Shown: piece after piece, positions 9,737-18,046 of the stretch
Layout of the letters: each line of letters opens with the position of its first letter
Position numbering within the stretch: the stretch's first letter is position 1
Origin: an uncultured Prolixibacteraceae bacterium
GTDB taxonomy: Bacteria; Bacteroidota; Bacteroidia; Bacteroidales; Prolixibacteraceae
NCBI GenBank assembly: GCA_964393405.1
Contig: CAYMTR010000003.1
Location: 58,915 to 122,914, forward strand
Reading direction: 5' to 3'
Length of the DNA: 64,000 nucleotides
Notes under the pieces: generated by a model
What the model was told of the DNA's origin: nothing
Database searches by the model: none
The model's input: only the letters and a program-made list of their open reading frames with translations
Position numbers and translations under genes: made by a program

Positions 9737-9775
9737 AATGAATATTTTTGCAATCGTTTTGAATATTTATTCATT
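9737..9775. promoter_or_regulatory. Tandem ARG boxes (ArgR operator) in the carA-argR divergent region
   Basis: Core TGAATATTTATTCA (9760-9773) matches the TGAAT-wwww-ATTCA palindrome perfectly. A second core TGAATATTTTTGCA (9739-9752) starts exactly 21 bp upstream, which is two 18-bp boxes separated by 3 bp. The upstream box overlaps a TATTTTTG -7-like promoter box. Confidence 0.75.
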
Positions 9776-9780
9776 AATAA

Positions 9781-10263
9781 ATGAAAGCTCGTTTACAAAG
9801 ACAGGTTGCTATTAGGAGTGTAATTGGCCAAAACATTGTTACAAGCCAAGAGCAACTACTAATGTTATTAAAACGTAAAGGTTTTGAATTGACACAAGCA
9901 ACATTGTCGAGAGACATAAAAGTGTTAAAAATAGTAAAGTCGCCTGATTCATACGGAAGGTATGTATATACTTTACCCAAAGAACAGAATAACTTAGATT
10001 TGGGTGAATTAAAAGAAGAAAGCAGGTATTTGGCTGATGGCTTCGTTTCGATTGATTTCTCCTCGAATATTGCAGTAATAAGGACAAGGCCGGCTTATGC
10101 AAGCTCAATTGCTTCCCTGATCGACGGAGTTAAGTCTTTTGAAATTTTAGGAACGATAGCCGGTGACGATACAATATTCCTTGTATTAAGAGAAGGAGTT
10201 GAAAGAAAAGATTTAATTTATTTTTTAGAGGAAATAATGCCTAATATAAAGGGTAGGATTTAA
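9781..10263 (+). CDS. argR: Arginine repressor
   Basis: 160 aa. Winged-helix N-terminus (SQEQLLMLLKRKGFELTQATLSRDIKVL) and C-terminal oligomerisation/arginine-binding motif GTIAGDDTIFLV. Confidence 0.93.
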   Translation: MKARLQRQVAIRSVIGQNIVTSQEQLLMLLKRKGFELTQATLSRDIKVLKIVKSPDSYGRYVYTLPKEQNNLDLGELKEESRYLADGFVSIDFSSNIAVIRTRPAYASSIASLIDGVKSFEILGTIAGDDTIFLVLREGVERKDLIYFLEEIMPNIKGRI

Positions 10264-10273
10264 GGAAGAAAGA

Positions 10274-10957
10274 ATGAAAGAAATGGATCAATTAAAGGTT
10301 TTGGTTGCAGATGAGAGCCACATCAAATATGTGGATGAAATAAATGATACAATTCAAAGGGCTTCTATTGAAAGGGGTACAGGTATTGCACGTCGTACTT
10401 TTGAATATATAGCCAACAAGATGAAAGAAGGAAAGGCGATTATCGCTTTGGATGGAGATAAGTTTGCCGGATTTTGTTACATTGAATCGTGGGGGCATCA
10501 TAAATATGTTGCTAATTCAGGGTTGATAGTTGTAAAAGAATACAGAGGTGCAGGTTTGGCAAAAAGTATAAAAAAGAAAGCATTCGAGCTCTCGAGAATG
10601 AAATTTCCTGAATCAAAAATATTTGGCTTGACAACCGGATTGGCAGTAATGAAAATTAACTCAGAACTGGGATACAAGCCTGTTACATTTTCAGAGCTGA
10701 CAGATGATGAGGATTTTTGGAAAGGTTGTCAGAGTTGTGTCAATTATGATATTTTAGTACGAACAGAAAGAACTAAATGTCTTTGTACAGCAATGATTTA
10801 TGATCCAAAATGGGAGAAGAAGGAAGTTGTTGAAGGAAACAAGAAAGAGGATAAAGATGAAAAACTTCTTTCATTCAAACGATGGTTAAAGGGGAGACAA
10901 TCCAAGGGATATGAATCGTCGTTTATGTCAAAATTGAAATTATTTAAGAAACAATAA
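10274..10957 (+). CDS. GNAT-family acyltransferase of the arg operon, with a long Lys/Glu-rich C-terminal tail
   Basis: 227 aa. Acyl-CoA-binding-like segment VVKEYRGAGLAKSIKKKAFE. Positioned between argR and argG as in Bacteroides arg clusters. Confidence 0.75.
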   Translation: MKEMDQLKVLVADESHIKYVDEINDTIQRASIERGTGIARRTFEYIANKMKEGKAIIALDGDKFAGFCYIESWGHHKYVANSGLIVVKEYRGAGLAKSIKKKAFELSRMKFPESKIFGLTTGLAVMKINSELGYKPVTFSELTDDEDFWKGCQSCVNYDILVRTERTKCLCTAMIYDPKWEKKEVVEGNKKEDKDEKLLSFKRWLKGRQSKGYESSFMSKLKLFKKQ

Positions 10958-11273
10958 ATATATAATGGTGCCGCAATTTCCAATGGCTGGTAATTCGCAA
11001 TTTCATAAATCAGTTGTATTGAATGCTTTGCAGTATTTAACGTGTAATTGGTTTTCATTTTAGATGCAGAGCAATACTTCATTGGTATTTGGGTTAGTAA
11101 ATATTTTTCTAAAGCGGCACCATTTTTATATGATTTTTCAATTAACAAAAAACCTAAAAGCATAGTTAAAATTATCTGGAGTGATCATGTTTGTTTATAT
11201 TTGGATTTGTTAATCGTACTCTTATAGATTACTTCGATATTAATGTTCTATTTAGTTATATTTAATAATTGAC

Positions 11274-12476
11274 ATGGAAAACAATAAAGTTGTTTTAGCC
11301 TTTAGTGGCGGGTTGGATACTTCATTTTGTGCAATGTATCTTGCTAAAGAAAAGGGATTGGAAGTCTATACCGCAATAGCTAATACCGGCGGATTCTCAG
11401 AAAAAGATTTAGAATTAATTGAAGAAAAAGCATACAAGCTGGGTGCCAAAAAGCATGTGGCGATTGATGTGACAGACAAATATTATAATCAGAGCATTCG
11501 ATATATGATATTTGGAAATGTTTTAAGGAATAATACATATCCAATATCAGTAAGCTCTGAAAGAATATTTCAGGCTATTGCTATTATTCAGTATGCAAAA
11601 GAGATTGGAGCAGCATATGTTGCTCATGGAAGTACAGGTGCTGGAAACGATCAGGTTAGGTTTGACTTGACATTCGAAGTATTGGCTCCAGAAATTAAAA
11701 TTCTAACACCAACCCGTGACCTTGAATTAACAAGAGAATATGAAATCAATTATTTGAAGACTCATGGTATTGAAGCCGATTTCAAAAAAATGGAATATTC
11801 AATAAATGCAGGTCTTTGGGGAACAAGCATTGGGGGGAAAGAAACTCTTAAATCTGAAAAAACTTTGCCCGAGAATGCTTATCCAAGTCAGCTTGTAGAA
11901 CAGGTTGAAAGGGAAATTTCAATAAGCTTTGAGAAGGGCGAAGTGAGAAAAGTAAACGGAGAAAAATATGCAAATCCGGTCGACGCAATTAAAAAAATCA
12001 ACGAAATAGCATCTCAATATGCTATTGGAAGAGATATGCATATTGGAGATACAATTATAGGTATAAAAGGAAGGGTAGGTTTCGAAGCAGCTGCTCCAAT
12101 GATTATAATAAAAGCTCACCAGATGCTTGAGAAACATACGTTGACCAAATGGCAGCAATATTGGAAAGAACAGCTGGGTAACTGGTACGGGATGTTTTTA
12201 CATGAAGCATTATACCTTGAGCCTGTTATGAGAGATATAGAGAAGTTTCTCGAGAATTCTCAGCAAAATGTTAATGGTGCTGTAATTGTAAAATTGAGAC
12301 CTTACAATTTTCAACTTGTAGGAGTTGATTCACCAAATGATTTAATGAAGTCAGATTTTGGTGAATACGGAGAAATAAATAAAGCGTGGACAGCTGATGA
12401 TGTAAAAGGATTTACTAAAATCTTAGGAACTCAGCTTAAAATATATAACGCAGTTAATAAGAACTTTGAAAGTTAA
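11274..12476 (+). CDS. argG: Argininosuccinate synthase
   Basis: 400 aa. N-terminal ATP-pyrophosphatase motif VVLAFSGGLDTS and overall ArgG architecture. Confidence 0.95.
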   Translation: MENNKVVLAFSGGLDTSFCAMYLAKEKGLEVYTAIANTGGFSEKDLELIEEKAYKLGAKKHVAIDVTDKYYNQSIRYMIFGNVLRNNTYPISVSSERIFQAIAIIQYAKEIGAAYVAHGSTGAGNDQVRFDLTFEVLAPEIKILTPTRDLELTREYEINYLKTHGIEADFKKMEYSINAGLWGTSIGGKETLKSEKTLPENAYPSQLVEQVEREISISFEKGEVRKVNGEKYANPVDAIKKINEIASQYAIGRDMHIGDTIIGIKGRVGFEAAAPMIIIKAHQMLEKHTLTKWQQYWKEQLGNWYGMFLHEALYLEPVMRDIEKFLENSQQNVNGAVIVKLRPYNFQLVGVDSPNDLMKSDFGEYGEINKAWTADDVKGFTKILGTQLKIYNAVNKNFES

Positions 12477-12480
12477 TCAG

Positions 12481-13449
12481 ATGATAAAGGTTGGAATTAT
12501 AGGCGGTGCAGGATATACAGCAGGTGAGCTTTTGAGAATTTTAATAAATCATCCCGAAGCTGAAGTTGCATTTGTTCATAGCACAAGTAATTCAGGAAAT
12601 AAGATCACTGATGTTCACAAAGATCTTCTGGGAGAAACTGACCTTGTTTTCAAAAGTAAATATGAATTTGACGGACTTGACTTAATCTTCTTGTGTTCAG
12701 GACACGGCAAGTCAATTGAGTTTCTTAAAAACTATACCTTGCCGAAAAGCCTTCGTGTGATTGACTTAAGCCACGATTATAGGTTGAAGCGCGAAGGAAA
12801 CAAATTTGTATATGGTCTTCCCGAATTAAACAGAGATCTGATTGCTAATTCGAAATATATTGCCAATCCCGGTTGTTTTGCTACAGGAATAGAATTAGCT
12901 ATACTCCCTTTGGCAGCAATGGGTTTAATTAAGGGAGAAATCCACGTTTCAGCTATGACAGGATCAACTGGCGCTGGACAAAAACCTACTGAGACTTCTC
13001 ATTTCAGCTGGAGGAATAATAATATTTCTGCTTACAAGATTTTTACCCATCAGCACAATGATGAGATAATCCAAAGTTTAAAACAACTTCAGCCCGATTA
13101 TAATATTAACCTTAATTTTATACCTTTGAGAGGCAATTTTAGCAGAGGAATACTAACGACAGCTTACACAGAATTTGAAGGAACCCTTGATGATGCATAT
13201 AGGATTTTTAGAAATTATTATAACTCTCATTGTTTCACTCATGTTGTTGATTATAATCCTGATTTAAAATTGATTGTGAATACCAACAAGTGTATTTTAT
13301 ACCTTGAGAAACATGAGAATAAGTTAGTGGTGATAAGTATTATTGATAATCTCTTAAAAGGTGCTTCAGGGCAAGCTGTTCAAAATATGAACCTGATGTT
13401 CGGCATTGATGAAAAATCAGGACTCAACTTAAAACCAATAGCATTCTAA
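12481..13449 (+). CDS. argC: N-acyl-gamma-glutamyl-phosphate reductase
   Basis: Motifs MIKVGIIGGAGYTAGELLRIL and catalytic-Cys ANPGCFATG. ATG at 12481 is preferred over the TTG at 12466, which overlaps the argG stop. Confidence 0.93.
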   Translation: MIKVGIIGGAGYTAGELLRILINHPEAEVAFVHSTSNSGNKITDVHKDLLGETDLVFKSKYEFDGLDLIFLCSGHGKSIEFLKNYTLPKSLRVIDLSHDYRLKREGNKFVYGLPELNRDLIANSKYIANPGCFATGIELAILPLAAMGLIKGEIHVSAMTGSTGAGQKPTETSHFSWRNNNISAYKIFTHQHNDEIIQSLKQLQPDYNINLNFIPLRGNFSRGILTTAYTEFEGTLDDAYRIFRNYYNSHCFTHVVDYNPDLKLIVNTNKCILYLEKHENKLVVISIIDNLLKGASGQAVQNMNLMFGIDEKSGLNLKPIAF

Positions 13450-13473
13450 CTAATCCAACACACAAAAATAGAT

Positions 13474-14607
13474 ATGGAACTATTTAATGTTTATCCATTA
13501 TTTAATATCGACCTTGTCAAAGGTGAAGGAGTTTACGTGATTGACAGAAATGGTCAAAGATACTTAGATCTTTACGGAGGTCATGCCGTTATTTCAATAG
13601 GACATTCTCACCCTCACTATGTGGCGGCGATTTCTGCACAACTTGAAAAGCTTGGATTTTACTCAAATTCTGTTTTCAATCCTTTGCAAAAAGAGCTAGC
13701 AAAGAAATTAGGGGAATTATCTGGATTTGATAATTACAGTCTGTTCTTATGTAACAGCGGTGCAGAGGCTAACGAAAATGCATTAAAACTAGCTTCTTTT
13801 CATACAGGTAAATCAAAAGTTATTGCCTTCAAGAAGGCTTTTCATGGTAGAACATCTGGAGCTGTTGGTATTACTGATAATTCAAAGATAATTGCACCTA
13901 TTAACGTCAAGAAAGATGTCGTTTTCCTAGAATTAAACGATTTGCAATCTGTAGAGGATCAACTGAAAGGAGGAGACGTTGCTGCCGTAATTATTGAAGG
14001 TATTCAGGGAATAGGCGGAATAAGAGTTCCTGAGAATAGTTTTCTGAGAGGATTACAGGATTTATGTTCAGAGTATAACTCTGTTTTTATTATCGATGAA
14101 ATTCAGTCTGGATATGGAAGAAGCGGTCGTTTCTTTGCTTTTCAACATGCAGATGTTTTCCCTGATATTATTACTGTAGCTAAAGGAATGGGAAATGGAT
14201 TCCCGGTTGGGGGAGTGCTCATAAGTCCAAAATTCAAGGCTGAAAATGGAATGCTAGGTACTACCTTTGGTGGCAATTACTTAGCGTGTGCTGCAAGTAT
14301 AGCCGTGCTGGATGTATTAAAATCACAAAGATTAATATCAAATGCAGAAGAAATTGGAAATTACCTGATTTCTGAACTTAAAAAGATTCCTCAGATTAAA
14401 GAAGTAAGAGGAAGAGGATTGATGATTGGAATTGAGTTTGAAAATGAAATATCTGAGTTGAGGAAAAAACTTTTATTTGAAAAGAAAATATTTACCGGAG
14501 TTTCAGGAACTAATACCATTAGAATATTGCCGCCTCTTAATCTAAGAAAGGAGAATGCGTCATTATTCATTGAAAAACTTAAGGAATCGATAACAGAACT
14601 ATCATAA
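13474..14607 (+). CDS. argD: Acetyl/succinyl-ornithine aminotransferase (class III PLP)
   Basis: 377 aa. Motifs DEIQSGYGRSGRFFAFQH and PLP-lysine TVAKGMGNGFP. Confidence 0.92.
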   Translation: MELFNVYPLFNIDLVKGEGVYVIDRNGQRYLDLYGGHAVISIGHSHPHYVAAISAQLEKLGFYSNSVFNPLQKELAKKLGELSGFDNYSLFLCNSGAEANENALKLASFHTGKSKVIAFKKAFHGRTSGAVGITDNSKIIAPINVKKDVVFLELNDLQSVEDQLKGGDVAAVIIEGIQGIGGIRVPENSFLRGLQDLCSEYNSVFIIDEIQSGYGRSGRFFAFQHADVFPDIITVAKGMGNGFPVGGVLISPKFKAENGMLGTTFGGNYLACAASIAVLDVLKSQRLISNAEEIGNYLISELKKIPQIKEVRGRGLMIGIEFENEISELRKKLLFEKKIFTGVSGTNTIRILPPLNLRKENASLFIEKLKESITELS

Positions 14608-14619
14608 AACTAGTTGAAA

Positions 14620-15423
14620 ATGGAATTTAATAAAATAGCGATTGTTGGAGCCGGTAATCTTGGCTTTTCAATAGTTAAAGGCTTAATCGCTTCAAAGCTT
14701 TATAATAAAGAAAATCTTATTCTTACTGAAAAGAATCCTAAAAGATTGAATTCTCTTGTTGAAGAAGGTTTTAATGCTACGGAAAACAATGTTGAAGCTG
14801 TCAAACAATCTGATTTGATTATGCTTGTTGTTAAACCCTGGCAGATTGAAGAGGTTTTGCTGGATATTAAATCATCCATTGACGAAAAGAGACATGTTCT
14901 TGTATCTTGTGTTACAGGGATTCAATCAAGCCATATTTATAACATCCTTGACTGTAAACCAACTTTATTCAGAGTAATGCCAAACACGGGTGTTGCAATA
15001 CAAGAGTCTATGTCGTGTATCGCATCATTCAATGAAACTAATGAACAAAAGGAAGCTATAAAAAAGATCTTCAGTCAGCTTGGTGAAGTGCTTTTTATCT
15101 CGGAGGAATTAATGCCTGCTGCAACAGCTTTAGCTGGATGCGGAATTGCATTTGCACTACGATTTATTAGAGCTTCAATTCAAGCCGGAGTCGAAATCGG
15201 CTTTAGTGCAGAAGATGCAAAAATCCTGGCTTCTCAAATAACTAAAGGTGCTGCTGAATTAATTTTAAAGAATAATTCACATCCGGAAGCCGAAATTGAT
15301 AAAGTGACTACTCCAAAGGGAATTACTATTACCGGATTGAACGAAATGGAGCATTCGGGATTTAGTTCGTCAATAATTAAAGGAATTATGGCTTCATACA
15401 ATAAGATTGAAAGGAAGGAATAA
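14620..15423 (+). CDS. proC: Pyrroline-5-carboxylate reductase
   Basis: Motifs IAIVGAGNLG and C-terminal TTPKGITITGL. ATG at 14620 is preferred over the TTG at 14614. Starts 13 nt after argD. Confidence 0.9.
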   Translation: MEFNKIAIVGAGNLGFSIVKGLIASKLYNKENLILTEKNPKRLNSLVEEGFNATENNVEAVKQSDLIMLVVKPWQIEEVLLDIKSSIDEKRHVLVSCVTGIQSSHIYNILDCKPTLFRVMPNTGVAIQESMSCIASFNETNEQKEAIKKIFSQLGEVLFISEELMPAATALAGCGIAFALRFIRASIQAGVEIGFSAEDAKILASQITKGAAELILKNNSHPEAEIDKVTTPKGITITGLNEMEHSGFSSSIIKGIMASYNKIERKE

Positions 15424-15515
15424 TCTTTAATTTGTATTTTTAACGACTTCTGAAAGCTTATTTAATAAGGTCTCAGCTCTTTTCTTTTACCAAGAGTTCA
15501 ATTTCTATTATTTAT

Positions 15516-15550
15516 CTTGAAATTATTAGATTCAAGTGTTTATTTTTTTT
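15516..15550 (+). terminator. Weak candidate terminator after proC
   Basis: 6-bp stem CTTGAA/TTCAAG followed by TGTTTATTTTTTTT. Confidence 0.3.
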
Positions 15551-15601
15551 GTTCTTTGAATAAAAATAATGACATTTGTCATGTTTTCATTATCATCATG
15601 A

Positions 15602-16690
15602 ATGAACAATATGAAATTTAAGAGGGTTGCAATTAAAATTGGTAGTAACGTTCTGGCTACTAAAGATGGTTCACTTGATGTTGAAAGAGTGGCACATATA
15701 GTAGAACAGGTTTCTATTTTGCTTAAAAAGAAAGTGGAAGTAATTCTGATTTCTTCAGGTGCTGTTGCTTCAGGTAGGGCTATGTTTCCTGTAGAAAACA
15801 AAATTGATACTGTTTCTGCGCGTCAATTATGGTCAGCAATAGGTCAGGTTAAGTTGATGAACACTTATTCTGGTTTGTTTGGTGAATGTGGCTTACATTG
15901 TGCTCAGGTTCTTACTACTAAAGAAAACTTCAGCGACAGGCGCCATTATCTCAATATGAAAAATTGTATTTCAACCTTATTGGAAAATGGAGTTGTACCA
16001 ATTGTAAACGAAAATGATACTATATCTGTTTCTGAATTGATGTTTACTGATAATGATGAATTGTCAGGATTGATTTCTTCAATGATGAATTGTGAAGCTT
16101 TATTAATTCTTTCAAATGTTGATGGTATATATAACGGAAAACCGGGTGATGAAGGAGTGTCAGTAATACCTGAGATTTCTTCAAGCGACCATTCAATGGC
16201 TGAATTTATTTCGCAACAGAAATCAGGTTTAGGCAGAGGTGGGATGCATACTAAATTCAGTGTTGCAAGAAAGATTGCCGCTGAAGGAATACCAGTTTAT
16301 ATCGCAAATGGGAAAAGGGAAAATATAATTGTTGACATTTTAAAAGGAGAAAATATCGTTTATACTCTCTTCAAGCAAAATGGTAAAAAATTGAAAAGCA
16401 ACAAAAAGTGGCTTGCTCACTCTACTAGTTTTGCCAAAGGGAAAGTGTTTGTAAACGAGGGAGCTAAAGCTGCTTTGTCGAATGTTGGCGCCAATAGTTT
16501 GTTGTTGATAGGAGTAGTTGACATAGAAGGATTTTTCAAACAAGGTGATATTATAAGTATTATTGATGGCGAAGGAAATGTTTTGGGTCTTGGAAAATCT
16601 CAGTATGACTCCGATGATGCTATTAATTTGATTGGGAAAAAAGCTGCAAAACCCCTTATTTATTACGATTACATGTATCTTTATGACTAA
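15602..16690 (+). CDS. proB: Glutamate 5-kinase with C-terminal PUA domain
   Basis: 362 aa. Motif KRVAIKIGSNVL, amino-acid-kinase fold and a PUA-like C-terminus. The start could be ATG 15611. Confidence 0.92.
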   Translation: MNNMKFKRVAIKIGSNVLATKDGSLDVERVAHIVEQVSILLKKKVEVILISSGAVASGRAMFPVENKIDTVSARQLWSAIGQVKLMNTYSGLFGECGLHCAQVLTTKENFSDRRHYLNMKNCISTLLENGVVPIVNENDTISVSELMFTDNDELSGLISSMMNCEALLILSNVDGIYNGKPGDEGVSVIPEISSSDHSMAEFISQQKSGLGRGGMHTKFSVARKIAAEGIPVYIANGKRENIIVDILKGENIVYTLFKQNGKKLKSNKKWLAHSTSFAKGKVFVNEGAKAALSNVGANSLLLIGVVDIEGFFKQGDIISIIDGEGNVLGLGKSQYDSDDAINLIGKKAAKPLIYYDYMYLYD

Positions 16691-16743
16691 ATTTTTATTA
16701 TAGTTTAAGAGCAATATTTGGATTTTAAAACTTACTAAACATT

Positions 16744-17991
16744 ATGGATTGTACTCAAATTTTTGAAAACGTACTGAAAGCAAGCCGTAAATTGAATTTA
16801 CTGGATGGCGAGAAGATAAATGCTATTTTAAATGATTTAGCTGACGCTTCTGAAATTAGTTGTGACTTTATTCTTTCTGAGAATAAAAAGGATTCATCTC
16901 TTATGGATGTTGCTGATCCTAAGTATGACAGATTAAAATTAACTGAAGAAAGAATAAAAGGAATAGCTGAAGATATCAGAAATGTAGCTTCTTTGCCTTC
17001 TCCGCTTGGCAGAAAACTTTCAGAAACAATCCGTCCGAATGGATTAAAAATTACTAGGATATCAGTTCCTTTCGGAGTGATTGGTATTATATACGAAGCC
17101 CGTCCTAATGTAACTTTTGATGTTTTCTCTCTTTGCTTAAAATCGGGAAATGCTTGTGTTCTGAAAGGTGGAAGTGATGCATTTAATTCAAATACCGCAA
17201 TAGTAAGCATAATTCATGATGTGCTAAAAAGATATGATGTTGATGTAAACATTTTAACTTTATTACCTTCTGGAAGGGAAGAAACTGCTCAATTGCTTAA
17301 TGCACGAGGATATGTCGATTTGATTATTCCAAGGGGCAGTCAGAGCCTTATTGATTTTGTAAGAAAAAATGCTTCAATACCGGTGATTGAGACTGGAGCA
17401 GGAATTTGTCATACTTATTTTGATGAATTTGGTGACAAGGTGAAGGGGCGTGATATTGTCAATAACGCCAAAACAAGAAGAGTGAGCGTGTGTAATGCCC
17501 TTGATTGTCTTTTAATTAATAGAAAGCGACTTGATGATCTTTACTTTATTACTGAGCTTTTGAAGAATTCAAATGTGGTAATTTATGCCGACGAATATTC
17601 ATATCCATTTTTAAAGGGCAAATACCCCTCTGATTTGTTGGAACATGCAACAGAAGAGTCGTTTGGTACCGAATTCTTATCTTATAAGATGGCAATCAAA
17701 ACCGTAGATTCTTTTGAAGATGCAATAACCCAGATCAATAATTATGGTTCTAAACACAGTGAAGCTATTATTTCTGAAGACCTTGAAAACGTTAGAGCCT
17801 TCCTTAAAAGGGTTGATGCTTCTTCTGTTTATTCAAATACATCTACAGCATACACTGACGGTGCTCAATTTGGTTTAGGTGCCGAAATCGGCATTTCAAC
17901 GCAAAAATTACATGCCCGGGGGCCCATGGGTCTCGAAGAAATGACATCCTATAAATGGATAATTGAGGGTGATGGTCAAATAAGACCTTAA
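16744..17991 (+). CDS. proA: Glutamate-5-semialdehyde dehydrogenase (gamma-glutamyl phosphate reductase)
   Basis: 415 aa. Motifs [11 protein letters not shown] and catalytic-Cys [10 protein letters not shown]. Confidence 0.93.
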   Translation: MDCTQIFENVLKASRKLNLLDGEKINAILNDLADASEISCDFILSENKKDSSLMDVADPKYDRLKLTEERIKGIAEDIRNVASLPSPLGRKLSETIRPNGLKITRISVPFGVIGIIYEARPNVTFDVFSLCLKSGNACVLKGGSDAFNSNTAIVSIIHDVLKRYDVDVNILTLLPSGREETAQLLNARGYVDLIIPRGSQSLIDFVRKNASIPVIETGAGICHTYFDEFGDKVKGRDIVNNAKTRRVSVCNALDCLLINRKRLDDLYFITELLKNSNVVIYADEYSYPFLKGKYPSDLLEHATEESFGTEFLSYKMAIKTVDSFEDAITQINNYGSKHSEAIISEDLENVRAFLKRVDASSVYSNTSTAYTDGAQFGLGAEIGISTQKLHARGPMGLEEMTSYKWIIEGDGQIRP

Positions 17992-18046
17992 TAATATTTT
18001 AATATTCTCCAGAAGCAATTTTTTTAAATATTCAAATTGATTCATT

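Noticed and set aside
10798-11163. 121-aa minus-strand ORF covering the GNAT-argG gap.
   Set aside because: It would overlap the GNAT coding sequence by 160 nt and has no recognisable motifs. The gap is better explained by the inverted-repeat RNA/DNA element. It is kept only as an alternative in the corresponding finding.
15569-15601. Mini-ORF MTFVMFSLSS overlapping the proB start as a proline leader peptide.
   Set aside because: It contains no Pro codons and no terminator follows it. Only the palindrome itself is reported.
16755-17210. 151-aa antisense ORF inside proA. Similar track ORFs inside known genes include 22516-23004 in ilvD, 26334-26714 in lysC, 47816-48175 opposite nfeD and 33204-33548 opposite the lptD-like gene.
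   Set aside because: Each lies entirely within, or opposite, a confidently identified conserved gene. Their composition is low-complexity (S/L/I/F-rich), as expected for the reverse frames of AT-rich coding DNA. None shows recognisable motifs.
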